DNA of 64,000 nt from Waddliaceae bacterium (GCA_040880105.1 JBBDJA010000001.1:96001-160000); one strand, 5' to 3'; shown: positions 28,024 through 37,582, counted from the first letter of the stretch. Numbers and translations: made by a program. The notes: generated by a model not told the origin, from the sequence alone.

Positions 28024-29904
28024 ATGAAAACTAACCTATACCATTTTAATGAGGGATTTTCCCTATACAATCGCTTTGAAAACAATCTGGCTTTTGCAAA
28101 AAAATATGAAGTCTATCTTGTGAATCAAAAAATGCAAATTACAGGAACGCAAACGATAGAGCAAAAAGTCTCAACGATAGCTTTAAAAGTGCTTTTCAAT
28201 ATCGCTACCGTCGGTATTTTCATCCTCACGTCGCTCATTCTTCATACCTATCTTTCTCGAAAAATCACGCATTTACCCAAGCCAATCGATATACATGCGA
28301 TCGAAGGTGAACTCAACCAATCTGACCCTGCGCAACAGGAGCCGCTACGCGGTGATAGGCAACAAATCCCACATATCGCTGAACCAAGTCCCCGTGGCTC
28401 TTTACAAGGGGATAAAATAAATCCTGTTTCTTTAAACTTAAAACAATCTGCTGATAAGTCAAGTCGACGAGGCTCCATCCAGTGGCTTCAGGATACACAC
28501 CAAAGTGAAACTGACTCCGAAGCGAAGTCATTCATTAGTGAGTCAATTCGACGAGGTTCTGCTCAATTAGCTTCAGAATTATTTCCGTTTGAAATCCAAA
28601 ATTTAAGCGAAGAAGAATTTGAAACGAAGCAATCTTCTTTCGAACCTAGTTTGCGTTGGTCTGTACAAGAGGAACCAATTACTAAAGTTGCTTCAGCTGT
28701 TTCATCAGCCCCGATTGCCGTACCAGTGGATTCACCTCGTCATTATCAAATGTCTGATGAAGTAGGTGAATTAAAACAAGACGAACGTGATTCTAATGAC
28801 CCTTGCAAATTTCCTTCCTTACTCCCCTTATTTCCCTTTACAAATGGATCAAGTCCACTGATTAATCAAATAACTGGTCGGAGCCAAAGATCCAAAAGTG
28901 AAGGAGATAGGGGTTGCAAGCAAGAAGATAAGTCACTAGTGGTAAGTGTTAAAAAAAGTGCTATTGAGAAAGCGAAAGCAGATCTTGATAGAGCAGAAAT
29001 ATCACTCCGTAATCTAAATAAAAAAGACGGAAAAAAATTTATAGCAGCTCAATCACATTTGAATAATATGAGGAAGATCGTAAATAATATTGAAGTGAAG
29101 CAAAGGGAATTCAATAATACTTTGGCAGTATTGAAATTATTGGATGGTGATACCGTTTTAATAATTAATAAAAATAAACTAATTATTGCCAAATCCAAAG
29201 GAAAAAAATGCGGGGTAACAAAGGCTCTGGAGGAAATTTATAAGGCGAAAAAAGCAGGTTTAAGAGGTTGGCAAGAAGCTTTAAATATCCTAATTACGCA
29301 TGAAAAATCACAGGAAGTTATCTATGGGTATCCAGTAGACAAACAGCAAGAGTTAATGAAGGTTCTACTTACCTATAATAAAGATCGACTCCTAGACGCA
29401 TTAAATATCAGAATATTCGCTCAAAAGGCTCCAGATCGCGCATGGCCATTTAAGGCGTGCGAGGCAGCGATTGCTAGAACAGGTCTTTCATCATCTTGTC
29501 AGCAGCGATGGAATTTAAGGCCTAACCCACTTAAAGCTTTAGAACTATTTAGCAAGTTAAAAGGGGAAACTGCAAAAGAACCTGAGTGGAACACCGAGTA
29601 TCTAGATTATCAAATACAAGAAAAAAAACAAGCTGAGTTGATAGAAATACTCAATTTACGGGATTTTCGAGAAATTTATAATTATGTAATTAACAAGTAT
29701 AAGGATATTTATCAATTCTCGTTGACGTTCAAAAACGACTTGCAAATCCCACAAGACCCTTATACCGCCCTTTTTTGTGGAGTGCTTCTAAATAATGAAG
29801 ATCTCATAAGTCTTGCGGGTGAGCTATTTTGCAAAGAACCTAAGGATATACTATATGCACGGCAAGCGTTGAAAGAGATGATAAAAAGGCAGGGTCAACA
29901 CTAG
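28024..29904 (+). CDS. Hypothetical effector-like protein: N-terminal hydrophobic segment, Ser-rich region with RRGS-like repeats, helical C-terminus
   Basis: 626-aa ORF with no housekeeping motifs. STIALKVLFNIATVGIFILTSLILHTYL resembles chlamydial DUF648-type N-termini. Confidence 0.7.
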   Translation: MKTNLYHFNEGFSLYNRFENNLAFAKKYEVYLVNQKMQITGTQTIEQKVSTIALKVLFNIATVGIFILTSLILHTYLSRKITHLPKPIDIHAIEGELNQSDPAQQEPLRGDRQQIPHIAEPSPRGSLQGDKINPVSLNLKQSADKSSRRGSIQWLQDTHQSETDSEAKSFISESIRRGSAQLASELFPFEIQNLSEEEFETKQSSFEPSLRWSVQEEPITKVASAVSSAPIAVPVDSPRHYQMSDEVGELKQDERDSNDPCKFPSLLPLFPFTNGSSPLINQITGRSQRSKSEGDRGCKQEDKSLVVSVKKSAIEKAKADLDRAEISLRNLNKKDGKKFIAAQSHLNNMRKIVNNIEVKQREFNNTLAVLKLLDGDTVLIINKNKLIIAKSKGKKCGVTKALEEIYKAKKAGLRGWQEALNILITHEKSQEVIYGYPVDKQQELMKVLLTYNKDRLLDALNIRIFAQKAPDRAWPFKACEAAIARTGLSSSCQQRWNLRPNPLKALELFSKLKGETAKEPEWNTEYLDYQIQEKKQAELIEILNLRDFREIYNYVINKYKDIYQFSLTFKNDLQIPQDPYTALFCGVLLNNEDLISLAGELFCKEPKDILYARQALKEMIKRQGQH

Positions 29905-30489
29905 CTATTCCAATGACTTTAGTAGATGAGGTTTCCACTTTGTCTCGGGAGAGTGGAGCAATTGGTTAATTTGGCGGGAGACAACAAAGAGATAGTCCGA
30001 TAGACGATTGATATAAGTCATAATCTTGTCAGAGACATCCGCTTGTTGATTGATTGTTATCAAGTTTCGCTCAGCCCTTCGGCAGATGCTTCTGGATAAA
30101 TGGAGGTTAGCCCCAGCAGGATGGCCGCCCGGAAGAATAAAAGTTGTGAGCTTTGGTAGGTTTTTATCCATCTCATCAATCCAAATTTCAAGCTGATCAA
30201 TCTCTTCTTGGTCAAATCGCGTTTTTTCAATTTGTTTGGAGCTAGAACTAGTTCTGGGTGTCGCAAGGGCAGCGCCAAGATCAAAGAGGGCATGCTGGAT
30301 TGTGAGAAGTTGATTTCTATAGGGCTCTAAATTTGACTGATCGGGAAGGTGTGCGATCGCAGTTCCTATTGCTGAGTTGCACTCATCAATTGTACCCACT
30401 GCTTCGATAATCGGATGGTTCTTTAAGACACGCTGTTTTGAATATAGTGAAGTTTCTCCACCATCACCGGAGCGGGTATATATTTTCAT
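29905..30489 (-). CDS. ATP:cob(I)alamin adenosyltransferase, PduO type
   Basis: MKIYTRSGDGGET, GTIDECNS, QHALFDLG, FILPGG, CRRAER, YINRLSDYLF. Confidence 0.93.
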   Translation of the reverse strand: MKIYTRSGDGGETSLYSKQRVLKNHPIIEAVGTIDECNSAIGTAIAHLPDQSNLEPYRNQLLTIQHALFDLGAALATPRTSSSSKQIEKTRFDQEEIDQLEIWIDEMDKNLPKLTTFILPGGHPAGANLHLSRSICRRAERNLITINQQADVSDKIMTYINRLSDYLFVVSRQINQLLHSPETKWKPHLLKSLE

Positions 30490-30563
30490 TATCCATTTCC
30501 CATGTTAAATTTATTAATATCCTGCCACGAGGCGTCAATACGACGCAAGAAGATTACGAATTC

Positions 30564-30592
30564 TTGACAAGATGGGTCTACAATGAGACAAT
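30564..30592 (+). promoter_or_regulatory. Probable sigma66 promoter of rpe-efp-accB-accC
   Basis: TTGACA, 17 nt, GACAAT preceded by TGn. Confidence 0.5.
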
Positions 30593-30620
30593 ACACAATT
30601 CAAGTGATTTTTGGTGATTA

Positions 30621-31289
30621 ATGAGTAAAGATGTAAAAATTTCTCCCTCGATTTTATCCTGCGATTTCGGGAACTTGGCAGACGAGGTTAAGCGTGTAGA
30701 GGATGCGGGTGCTGATGCAATTCATATTGATATCATGGATGGGCATTTTGTTCGAAATCTGACAATGGGACCAAAGATTGTCGCTGCAATTAAACGGAAT
30801 ACTAGCCTTCCGCTTGATGTTCACCTCATGATTTATAACCCTTTTGAGTATGTCGAAAAGTTTGTGTCTTCCGGCGCTGACTCCATTACTTTTCATTTTG
30901 AGGCAACAGAAGAGATTCAAGCCACACTCGATTATATAAAAAAGTGTAACATACAGTCGGGACTTGCGTTTAATCCCGAGACATCATTAAGTATGATTCC
31001 CAAATATCTTGACAAATGTGATATGCTGCTTTTAATGACAGTGCACCCGGGATTTGGTGGTCAAGAATTTATTCCGGACGTTTTAGATAAAATTCAATTT
31101 ACGCGTGATTTATGCGATAAATGCAATTTGCCCTTACCAATCCAGGTAGATGGTGGAATTAATCTAGAAACAGCTAGAGAGTGCGCAAAAGCGGGCGCGA
31201 CAAACTTTGTTTCAGGAACGCATCTTTTTCAACAAAAAGAGATGAAGCAAGCAATTGAGAATTTACGAAAAGCTGCAGAATTGAGGTAA
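30621..31289 (+). CDS. rpe: Ribulose-phosphate 3-epimerase
   Basis: SPSILS, HIDIMDGHFV, DVHLMI, MTVHPGFGGQ, VDGGIN. Confidence 0.96.
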   Translation: MSKDVKISPSILSCDFGNLADEVKRVEDAGADAIHIDIMDGHFVRNLTMGPKIVAAIKRNTSLPLDVHLMIYNPFEYVEKFVSSGADSITFHFEATEEIQATLDYIKKCNIQSGLAFNPETSLSMIPKYLDKCDMLLLMTVHPGFGGQEFIPDVLDKIQFTRDLCDKCNLPLPIQVDGGINLETARECAKAGATNFVSGTHLFQQKEMKQAIENLRKAAELR

Positions 31290-31294
31290 CAGAA

Positions 31295-31852
31295 ATGGTA
31301 GCTAGCCAACAACTTACGCCTGGAATGGCGATATCAATTAACAAGAAATTGTATAGAATTGAATCCGTTGTAAAGGTGTCTGCTCCAAAAGGCGCGCCAT
31401 TTATGAAGGTCGAACTTCGTGATCTTTTGACAAATAAATTAGAGAAGAAAAATTTCAAACCTACTCAAATTGTCAAGGAAGTGTCACTAGATGAAAGAGA
31501 TCTTGAATTCCTTTACATTGAAGGAAAAGATTACCTGTTTCTTGATACCGACTCACTTGATAAAGTCCTTATCCCTCATCAGATTGTCGGTAGTAGTTCG
31601 AGCTACTTAAAAGAGGGTGTTTGCTTAAAGGGACTTTACTTTGGAGACACCGTTTTTGGAGTCCAGCTTCCTCAGTTTTTGGAGCTGATGGTGTCGCAAA
31701 TTGAAGGTGAAGAAGAAATGGGACGTGTCTCAAATCAGCAGAAAGAAGCAGTTTTAGAGACAGGTGCAAAAGTGGTCGTTCCCTTTTTTATTGAGGTCGG
31801 CGATATTGTCAAAGTAGATACAAGTAGCCACGAATTTATTCAACGTGTCTAA
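31295..31852 (+). CDS. efp: Elongation factor P family protein (divergent loop)
   Basis: Three-domain EF-P pattern, LETGAKVVVPFFIEVGDIVKVDT; the tip loop reads SAPKG rather than PGKG. Confidence 0.88.
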   Translation: MVASQQLTPGMAISINKKLYRIESVVKVSAPKGAPFMKVELRDLLTNKLEKKNFKPTQIVKEVSLDERDLEFLYIEGKDYLFLDTDSLDKVLIPHQIVGSSSSYLKEGVCLKGLYFGDTVFGVQLPQFLELMVSQIEGEEEMGRVSNQQKEAVLETGAKVVVPFFIEVGDIVKVDTSSHEFIQRV

Positions 31853-31855
31853 CAC

Positions 31856-32338
31856 ATGGAGTTTAGCTTGGAAAATAAACAGATTAAAGACTTAATGACT
31901 GCAATGTCAAAAACCGGCACTACGCGCCTTTGTATTAAACAAAAGGGGTTTGAACTTGAACTTGAACAGGCAAAAGAGCAAGTTGTTCAAAAGTTCATGC
32001 ATTCAGATTCTATTTCACATTACCCGGCCCATCCCGCGCACCATATCCCGGCATCCTTACATCCACCAAAAGAAGACTCTCCAAAAGAAGAAGAGGATGA
32101 AGAAGCTGAATACATCACATCTCCGATGGTCGGAACATTTTACTCCTCACCTTCACCTGAAGACCCCTCATTTGTTCAGCCAGGAGACCGAGTCGAGCCC
32201 GGAACCGTACTTTGCATCATTGAAGCAATGAAAGTCATGAACGAGATCAAAGCCGAGAAAGCCGGAATTATTGCCGATATCCTTGTTGAAAGTGGCCATC
32301 CGGTTGAATTTGGCGCAAAGCTATTTAAGGTTAAATGA
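31856..32338 (+). CDS. accB: Acetyl-CoA carboxylase biotin carboxyl carrier protein
   Basis: ITSPMVGTFY, EAMKVMNEI. Confidence 0.96.
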   Translation: MEFSLENKQIKDLMTAMSKTGTTRLCIKQKGFELELEQAKEQVVQKFMHSDSISHYPAHPAHHIPASLHPPKEDSPKEEEDEEAEYITSPMVGTFYSSPSPEDPSFVQPGDRVEPGTVLCIIEAMKVMNEIKAEKAGIIADILVESGHPVEFGAKLFKVK

Positions 32339-33717
32339 AAACAAAGACTTTTCGTAAGGTTCTCATCGCAAATCGAGGTGAAATTGCCGTGCGGATTATA
32401 CGCGCTTGCCATGATCTCGGGCTAGAAACTGTTGCAGTCTACTCCAAGGCTGATCAGGAAGCCCTGCATGTACTGCATGCGGATGAGGCGATTTGCATTG
32501 GTGAGGCGCCTTCTAGTAAATCTTACCTAAAGATTCCAAATATTTTATCCGCTTGCGAAGTGACCCGCGCTGACGCCATTCATCCCGGCTACGGATTTTT
32601 AAGTGAAAACGCAAATTTTGCATCGATTTGCGAGAGCTGCGGCGTTACCTTTATCGGTCCCTCATCCGATTCAATTGCCCTCCTCGGAGATAAAGCGCAA
32701 GCGAAAGCGACTGCAAAAAGTGCAGGATGCCCCGTCATACCCGGTTCTAAAGGTGTCATTGACAACGTGGATGAAGCTTTGGCTATGGCAAAGAAGATCG
32801 GCTTTCCTTTGATGATTAAGGCAACTGCCGGAGGTGGAGGAAAGGGGATTCGCGTATGTAATGAGAGTAAGACTTTCCCTAAGTTATTTGCCGCTGCTCG
32901 CGCGGAAGCTGAAGTTAGCTTTGGTAATCCATCGGTTTATCTAGAAAAGGTCATTTTAAACCCAAGACATGTGGAAGTGCAGGTCATTGCCGATCGATAC
33001 GGACGTTATATACATTTGGGTGAACGTGACTGCACGATTCAAAGAAGACGTCAGAAGTTAATCGAAGAGACCCCCTCACCGATTCTTTCTCCCCGAACAC
33101 GCAGAAAAATGTGCCAAGCTGCAATTGCGGTATTACAAGAAGCTAATTATCACTCTGCTGCAACTGTTGAGTTTCTTGTCGACAAAGACAATAACTTCTA
33201 TTTTATGGAAGTCAATACGCGAATTCAAGTTGAACACACGATTTCTGAGGTGTTAACTGAAGTTGACCTCGTCAAGTTGCAACTGTTAGTCGCTATGGGT
33301 CATAAACTACCCTACAAACAAAGAGACATCACCCCTAAAGGACATGTCATTCAATTTCGCATCAACGCAGAAGATCCGAAACGGAACTTCGCCCCCTCAC
33401 CTGGCCGTCTTGAGTACTATTTACCTCCCGGAGGCCCTCATGTACGTGTCGACAGCTCATGTTATTCAGGTTACACAATTCCTCCGTACTACGACTCTAT
33501 GATCGGTAAATTGATTGTATGGGGCCACGATAGGAATGAAGCCATTGCGATTGGAAAGCGCGCGCTTCGGGAGTTTCATATCGGCGGCGTTCATTCTACA
33601 GTCCCATTTCATCTTTATATGCTTAACGATAATAAGTTCCTAAGCGGTGAGTATGACTTAGATTATATCGATGGGCTGATTGAAGAAGGCTGCGAATTCG
33701 ACCCTGAATTAAGTTAG
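32335..33717 (+). CDS. accC: Biotin carboxylase
   Basis: LIANRGEIA, HPGYGFLSEN, GGGGKG, EVNTRIQVEH, RINAED, YDSMIGK. Confidence 0.97.
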   Translation: MKTKTFRKVLIANRGEIAVRIIRACHDLGLETVAVYSKADQEALHVLHADEAICIGEAPSSKSYLKIPNILSACEVTRADAIHPGYGFLSENANFASICESCGVTFIGPSSDSIALLGDKAQAKATAKSAGCPVIPGSKGVIDNVDEALAMAKKIGFPLMIKATAGGGGKGIRVCNESKTFPKLFAAARAEAEVSFGNPSVYLEKVILNPRHVEVQVIADRYGRYIHLGERDCTIQRRRQKLIEETPSPILSPRTRRKMCQAAIAVLQEANYHSAATVEFLVDKDNNFYFMEVNTRIQVEHTISEVLTEVDLVKLQLLVAMGHKLPYKQRDITPKGHVIQFRINAEDPKRNFAPSPGRLEYYLPPGGPHVRVDSSCYSGYTIPPYYDSMIGKLIVWGHDRNEAIAIGKRALREFHIGGVHSTVPFHLYMLNDNKFLSGEYDLDYIDGLIEEGCEFDPELS

Positions 33718-33869
33718 CCACTCCATTTTTCACCAAGAGCCCTTGTGAATATATTCTCATCAACTTGTGAATGTATATTTATCGTAATTTTATCTATTCT
33801 TTAACAAATCTTAACTTCTTTTAGAGATTGTGTTGTGCATCTGAATAACAACAATCATGGAGATCACAA

Positions 33870-34664
33870 ATGAAACAAATACTATGGGCCTTTCTTTTTA
33901 TATCCAGCGTACTATCTGCTGAAATAGAAACAGAAGGGCGACCTGAGCAGTATCCAAATCACGTTCCGACAGGTGAGAGAGCATTATCTAAAGAAGAGTA
34001 CTACATACAGCAAAAAGAACGGATAGAGTTAGAGGAAGAGGGCGAACAGAAAGAGTTAGATAAAAATACGGAAACGTTTGCTCCAAAACGGATAATCAAA
34101 AGTCAAAAATCCCTCTTTGGTAAAAAGCTCAAACAATTGATGCGAGGCTTTACTGTATATGGGAAGTACCACACCTACTACAGTTCTCATGAAAGCGCAT
34201 TTCATTCACCGCTCTCCATTTCTAGAAAGGGAGATACTGTAGAAATTGAAGATGGTTCTATATGGAGTATTAAATATAGCGATCGTTACAAAACCTTGAA
34301 CTGGTTGAATGGAGACATTCTAATTATTGTACCAAATGGCGAGTGGCTTTCAAGCTATCGATATAAAATTGTCAACATCAATACAGGTGTTACGGTTCGG
34401 AGCAATCTGACATTAAAGCCCCTTTACAATGGTGTATACACCCATTGGATTACAGGAATTGATCATCTCAACCGACTCGTCTATCTTGATGATGGCTCCT
34501 GCTGGTCTTTGCCTTGGTATGAGCAGGGAGTGCTTTCTCGTTGGCTTTTGGATGATACCGTTATCATTGGCACCAATGACGGCCTATTTACATCAGACTC
34601 TTTACCAAATATTATTATTAATACATCTACTGAAGATTATGTTTTAGGTAATTGCCTTAACTAA
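33870..34664 (+). CDS. Exported hypothetical protein with two internal beta-rich repeats
   Basis: Signal peptide; repeats VEIEDGSIW..WLNGDILII and VYLDDGSCW..WLLDDTVII; GGAG SD. Confidence 0.8.
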   Translation: MKQILWAFLFISSVLSAEIETEGRPEQYPNHVPTGERALSKEEYYIQQKERIELEEEGEQKELDKNTETFAPKRIIKSQKSLFGKKLKQLMRGFTVYGKYHTYYSSHESAFHSPLSISRKGDTVEIEDGSIWSIKYSDRYKTLNWLNGDILIIVPNGEWLSSYRYKIVNINTGVTVRSNLTLKPLYNGVYTHWITGIDHLNRLVYLDDGSCWSLPWYEQGVLSRWLLDDTVIIGTNDGLFTSDSLPNIIINTSTEDYVLGNCLN

Positions 34665-34683
34665 GATGCAGAGTCATTCACTT

Positions 34684-34704
34684 TGCGCTCCGACTCGGAG
34701 CGCA
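34684..34704. terminator. GC-rich perfect hairpin between 33870 gene and Inc-like trio
   Basis: TGCGCTCCGA-C-TCGGAGCGCA, 20 nt after the stop; weak U-tract. Confidence 0.55.
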
Positions 34705-34733
34705 TATTTAAAAAAAAATTCCAAGGAGAAAAA

Positions 34734-35384
34734 ATGCAATCCCCAGTTTCAAGAACGGCAGTAGAGAATATCCCAAACCCACATCCTATACATCAACCTG
34801 AACAAAAGCTCATACACACAATTGCAAAAATTGCTCTTCCCATTATTATTGGAGTCGTCGTGACTTGCACCCTCGGTGTTGGACTTGGACTCATTATTGG
34901 TGGTTTAAGCGCGTTAGTTGTTTTTGGTGTCTCTAGAAGAAATATACCACCGGCAAATCATAGAAACGCTCAGGGAGCTCTAAGATATAACCATCGCAGT
35001 TCCGGATCAGTACCTGTTACTGTTGAACATTCCAGATCACTAAGTTTGCGACAGGAATTAAGAAGAGAGCCAAGTCAACACAGAGTTGAATACTTATCGT
35101 CTGAATTACTTCCTCTTAGAGATACACATAGAAGAAACGGGTCACTGCCAGTTATTGTTGACAATCAGAGACGATTGAGTTTGCGAGAGAACTTAAGAAG
35201 AGATCGAAATCAACAAAGAGTTGCACACCTGTCGTCTGGACCTGTTCCAGTTAGAGGTGGCAGAAATGGGTCAGCAGCTCCTGTTATCGTTGAAGATCGT
35301 GATCAATCAGCAAGAAGAAGGCCTTTTCTGGAACGATCGCCTCTCCCTATAGGAAGAGGCAGGGGACGTGGGCCAATTCGTTGA
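34734..35384 (+). CDS. Inc-like family B protein with Arg-rich 45-aa tandem repeats
   Basis: ATG 34734 with AAGGAG SD; bilobed hydrophobic segment IAKIALPIIIGVVVTCTLGVGLGLIIGGLSALVVFGV. Confidence 0.78.
   Translation: MQSPVSRTAVENIPNPHPIHQPEQKLIHTIAKIALPIIIGVVVTCTLGVGLGLIIGGLSALVVFGVSRRNIPPANHRNAQGALRYNHRSSGSVPVTVEHSRSLSLRQELRREPSQHRVEYLSSELLPLRDTHRRNGSLPVIVDNQRRLSLRENLRRDRNQQRVAHLSSGPVPVRGGRNGSAAPVIVEDRDQSARRRPFLERSPLPIGRGRGRGPIR
34992..35300 (+). repeat. 135-bp (45-aa) degenerate intragenic tandem repeat, about 2.3 copies
   Basis: HRSSGSVPVTVEHSRSLSLRQELRR..RVEYLSS from 34992, HRRNGSLPVIVDNQRRLSLRENLRR..RVAHLSS from 35127, partial RNGSAAPVIVED from about 35262. Confidence 0.85.
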
Positions 35385-35403
35385 TAATTGCTATTTTACA
35401 ACC

Positions 35404-35435
35404 TTAGATTGCGCGCATGTAGGTGCGCAATCTAA
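35404..35435. terminator. Stem-loop after the first family B gene
   Basis: TTAGATTGCGC..GCGCAATCTAA, 11-bp perfect arms, 20 nt after the stop. Confidence 0.65.
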
Positions 35436-35504
35436 TGAATATAAATTTATTAAACCTTAATAATTTTAAATTATAATTATATATATAGAATTAAAGGTAA
35501 TTAA

Positions 35505-36071
35505 ATGAGAAGTATAGCTATACATACAAAAAATGCTGAACAACCTTCCATTCAGCAGGGTAATCCTTCATTAGGAAAGAGAATTAGGAAAGTTGCTTTA
35601 GCTATTGCAAAGTTTGCACTGCCAATCTTAATAGGAGTTGGAGTTGCTTGTCTGGTAGGAGGACCCATCGGGCTTGGAGTCGGTGTTGCTGCTCTTATCG
35701 TATCGAAATTAGTGATTTATGCTGTTGATCGAAAGAATATACGGGCTGCAAACTTACAAAAAAACGTGAATGAATTCGAGCATAGTGTTGAAACGAAACA
35801 AGTTCGATTGACTCAAGAGCGAGTTAAAAGGGCATTTGAAATCGCTTTAGCTAGTCACAAAAAAGCAACAGGGGTACATCTCTCAGTTCAATTCAATCGA
35901 TATAGGTTCATGTTGCTAAATCGAATTCAAGATGCAGCAAAACAGCGCAGAGAGAATGCTCGGATTCAAGCTGCAGAAGATCAACGCAAGCTTCAAGCTG
36001 AAGAAAATCAGCGCAGAGAGGATGAAATAAAGAATATTCCATGTGGTGATACAGTAGAGTTGACACTGTAA
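35505..36071 (+). CDS. Inc-like family B protein with coiled-coil tail
   Basis: IAKFALPILIGVGVACLVGGPIGLGVGVAALIVSKLVIYAV hairpin; tail with IQAAEDQRK/LQAEENQRR. Confidence 0.8.
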   Translation: MRSIAIHTKNAEQPSIQQGNPSLGKRIRKVALAIAKFALPILIGVGVACLVGGPIGLGVGVAALIVSKLVIYAVDRKNIRAANLQKNVNEFEHSVETKQVRLTQERVKRAFEIALASHKKATGVHLSVQFNRYRFMLLNRIQDAAKQRRENARIQAAEDQRKLQAEENQRREDEIKNIPCGDTVELTL

Positions 36072-36305
36072 GTGAAAGGGAGTTAGAAACTAAATGAGCA
36101 GAAATTATGTCCCATATGCAATGAATACATAATCAACTGTTAATCGGATTAAATATATACTATTTCAAACATGAATTTCTTCATCCTTTTAAACATTAGT
36201 TATCTGAATTAAATTGAAAATTAATGTCATATCTTTTTGATTTTAAAAAATCAATATTAAAAAAAACACACTTTTTGTATAATTGAGTCCTAAAAATTAA
36301 AACAT

Positions 36306-36911
36306 ATGGTAAATGTAATGACTGTTTCAAATGTTTCAGGCAATCAACAAATTAATCAAACATCAGCTGACTTCCGCTCAGTAATCAAAAATGCTGGGAA
36401 GATTGCTCTTACGATCTCAAAAGTTGCATTGCCTATCTTATTGGGGGCAGCCACTGCTTTTTTCGTCGGTGGACCTATGGGTCTTGCACTCGGTGGACTT
36501 GCTCTTGTTATAGCAGGTGTGTTCATTTATACAATTTCTCGAAGCAAAATATCTACAACTAACCAAACTCCCTTGAAAGCACAAGAGCATACTATACAGC
36601 GTTATGGGCAAGCGACCTTGAAATGTATCCAAAGTTGGCTTAAATTAGATATTGCATCAGACGATGTGGGTCTTGTCATTCCAGCAGGTGATGATTCCTC
36701 ATCTCAACGATCATTCGATATAGAAAAAATGTGCAGTAAAGACCCTAAGGACATTCTTTCAGAAATACTACCAGCAGAACAATCTAACGGAAAACCCCCA
36801 TACTTTTCTAGGCGAGAAAGAATGAAACAGAGGGCAGCAGAATATCAAAAAAATTCAGACGCAGCTTACGCAACAACGGTAATTGTCAGTAGTGAGTCAA
36901 AAGAAGACTAA
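36306..36911 (+). CDS. Inc-like family B protein
   Basis: Ser/Asn/Gln-rich N-terminus; ISKVALPILLGAATAFFVGGPMGLALGGLALVIAGVFIYTI hairpin. Confidence 0.8.
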   Translation: MVNVMTVSNVSGNQQINQTSADFRSVIKNAGKIALTISKVALPILLGAATAFFVGGPMGLALGGLALVIAGVFIYTISRSKISTTNQTPLKAQEHTIQRYGQATLKCIQSWLKLDIASDDVGLVIPAGDDSSSQRSFDIEKMCSKDPKDILSEILPAEQSNGKPPYFSRRERMKQRAAEYQKNSDAAYATTVIVSSESKED

Positions 36912-37582
36912 AAGTTCTTTAATGTGTGACTCTGCTGGAAATGCGCCTCAATACCGGCTACAACTTCTTCAGGGTCATCGCTAAGATTAATCCGGTCAAG
37001 ATCCTCTTGAGAAATACAACCACTGCTTAAAACCGGGTCAACTAACCACTTAAGCAGACCTTCCCAATACTTTTTCCCCATTAAATAGATAGGGAATGGC
37101 TTTATCTTCTCGGTTTGTATGAGTGTTAGCGCTTCAAATAACTCGTCTAAGGTGCCAACTCCTCCGGGTAGAAAGACATATCCTTGGGCATAACGGATAA
37201 ACATTACCTTTCTGACAAAAAAGTAGCGGAATTTAAGAGAGTATTTTGAATCACAAAAGGGGTTGATTTCGCTTTCCATAGGTAGGTCAATCGCAAGGCC
37301 GCATGATTTACTATCGACACTCTGTGCGCCCCGGTTGGCAGCTTCCATGATGCCGGGTCCACCGCCGGTAATAACGGCAAATCCACGCTCTCCAAGTTTT
37401 TGTCCGACGTCAATTGCTAGATTATAATAGGGGGAAGCTGGTTTAAGTCGAGCAGATCCAAAAATCGAAACCGACGGGCCGATTTCCGTTAAGGTTTCAA
37501 ATCCATCGACAAATTCAGATATAATACGAAAGACGCGCCATGCATCTCCAAAGAAAAGGTCCTTATTGTCCCTTTGCGGCAT
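36908..37582 (-). CDS. LOG family protein (nucleotide monophosphate nucleosidase-like)
   Basis: VSIFGSAR, TGGGPGIMEAANRGA, FFVRKVMF, PGGVGTLDELFE. Start uncertain (37582 or 37606). Confidence 0.92.
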   Translation of the reverse strand: MPQRDNKDLFFGDAWRVFRIISEFVDGFETLTEIGPSVSIFGSARLKPASPYYNLAIDVGQKLGERGFAVITGGGPGIMEAANRGAQSVDSKSCGLAIDLPMESEINPFCDSKYSLKFRYFFVRKVMFIRYAQGYVFLPGGVGTLDELFEALTLIQTEKIKPFPIYLMGKKYWEGLLKWLVDPVLSSGCISQEDLDRINLSDDPEEVVAGIEAHFQQSHTLKNF

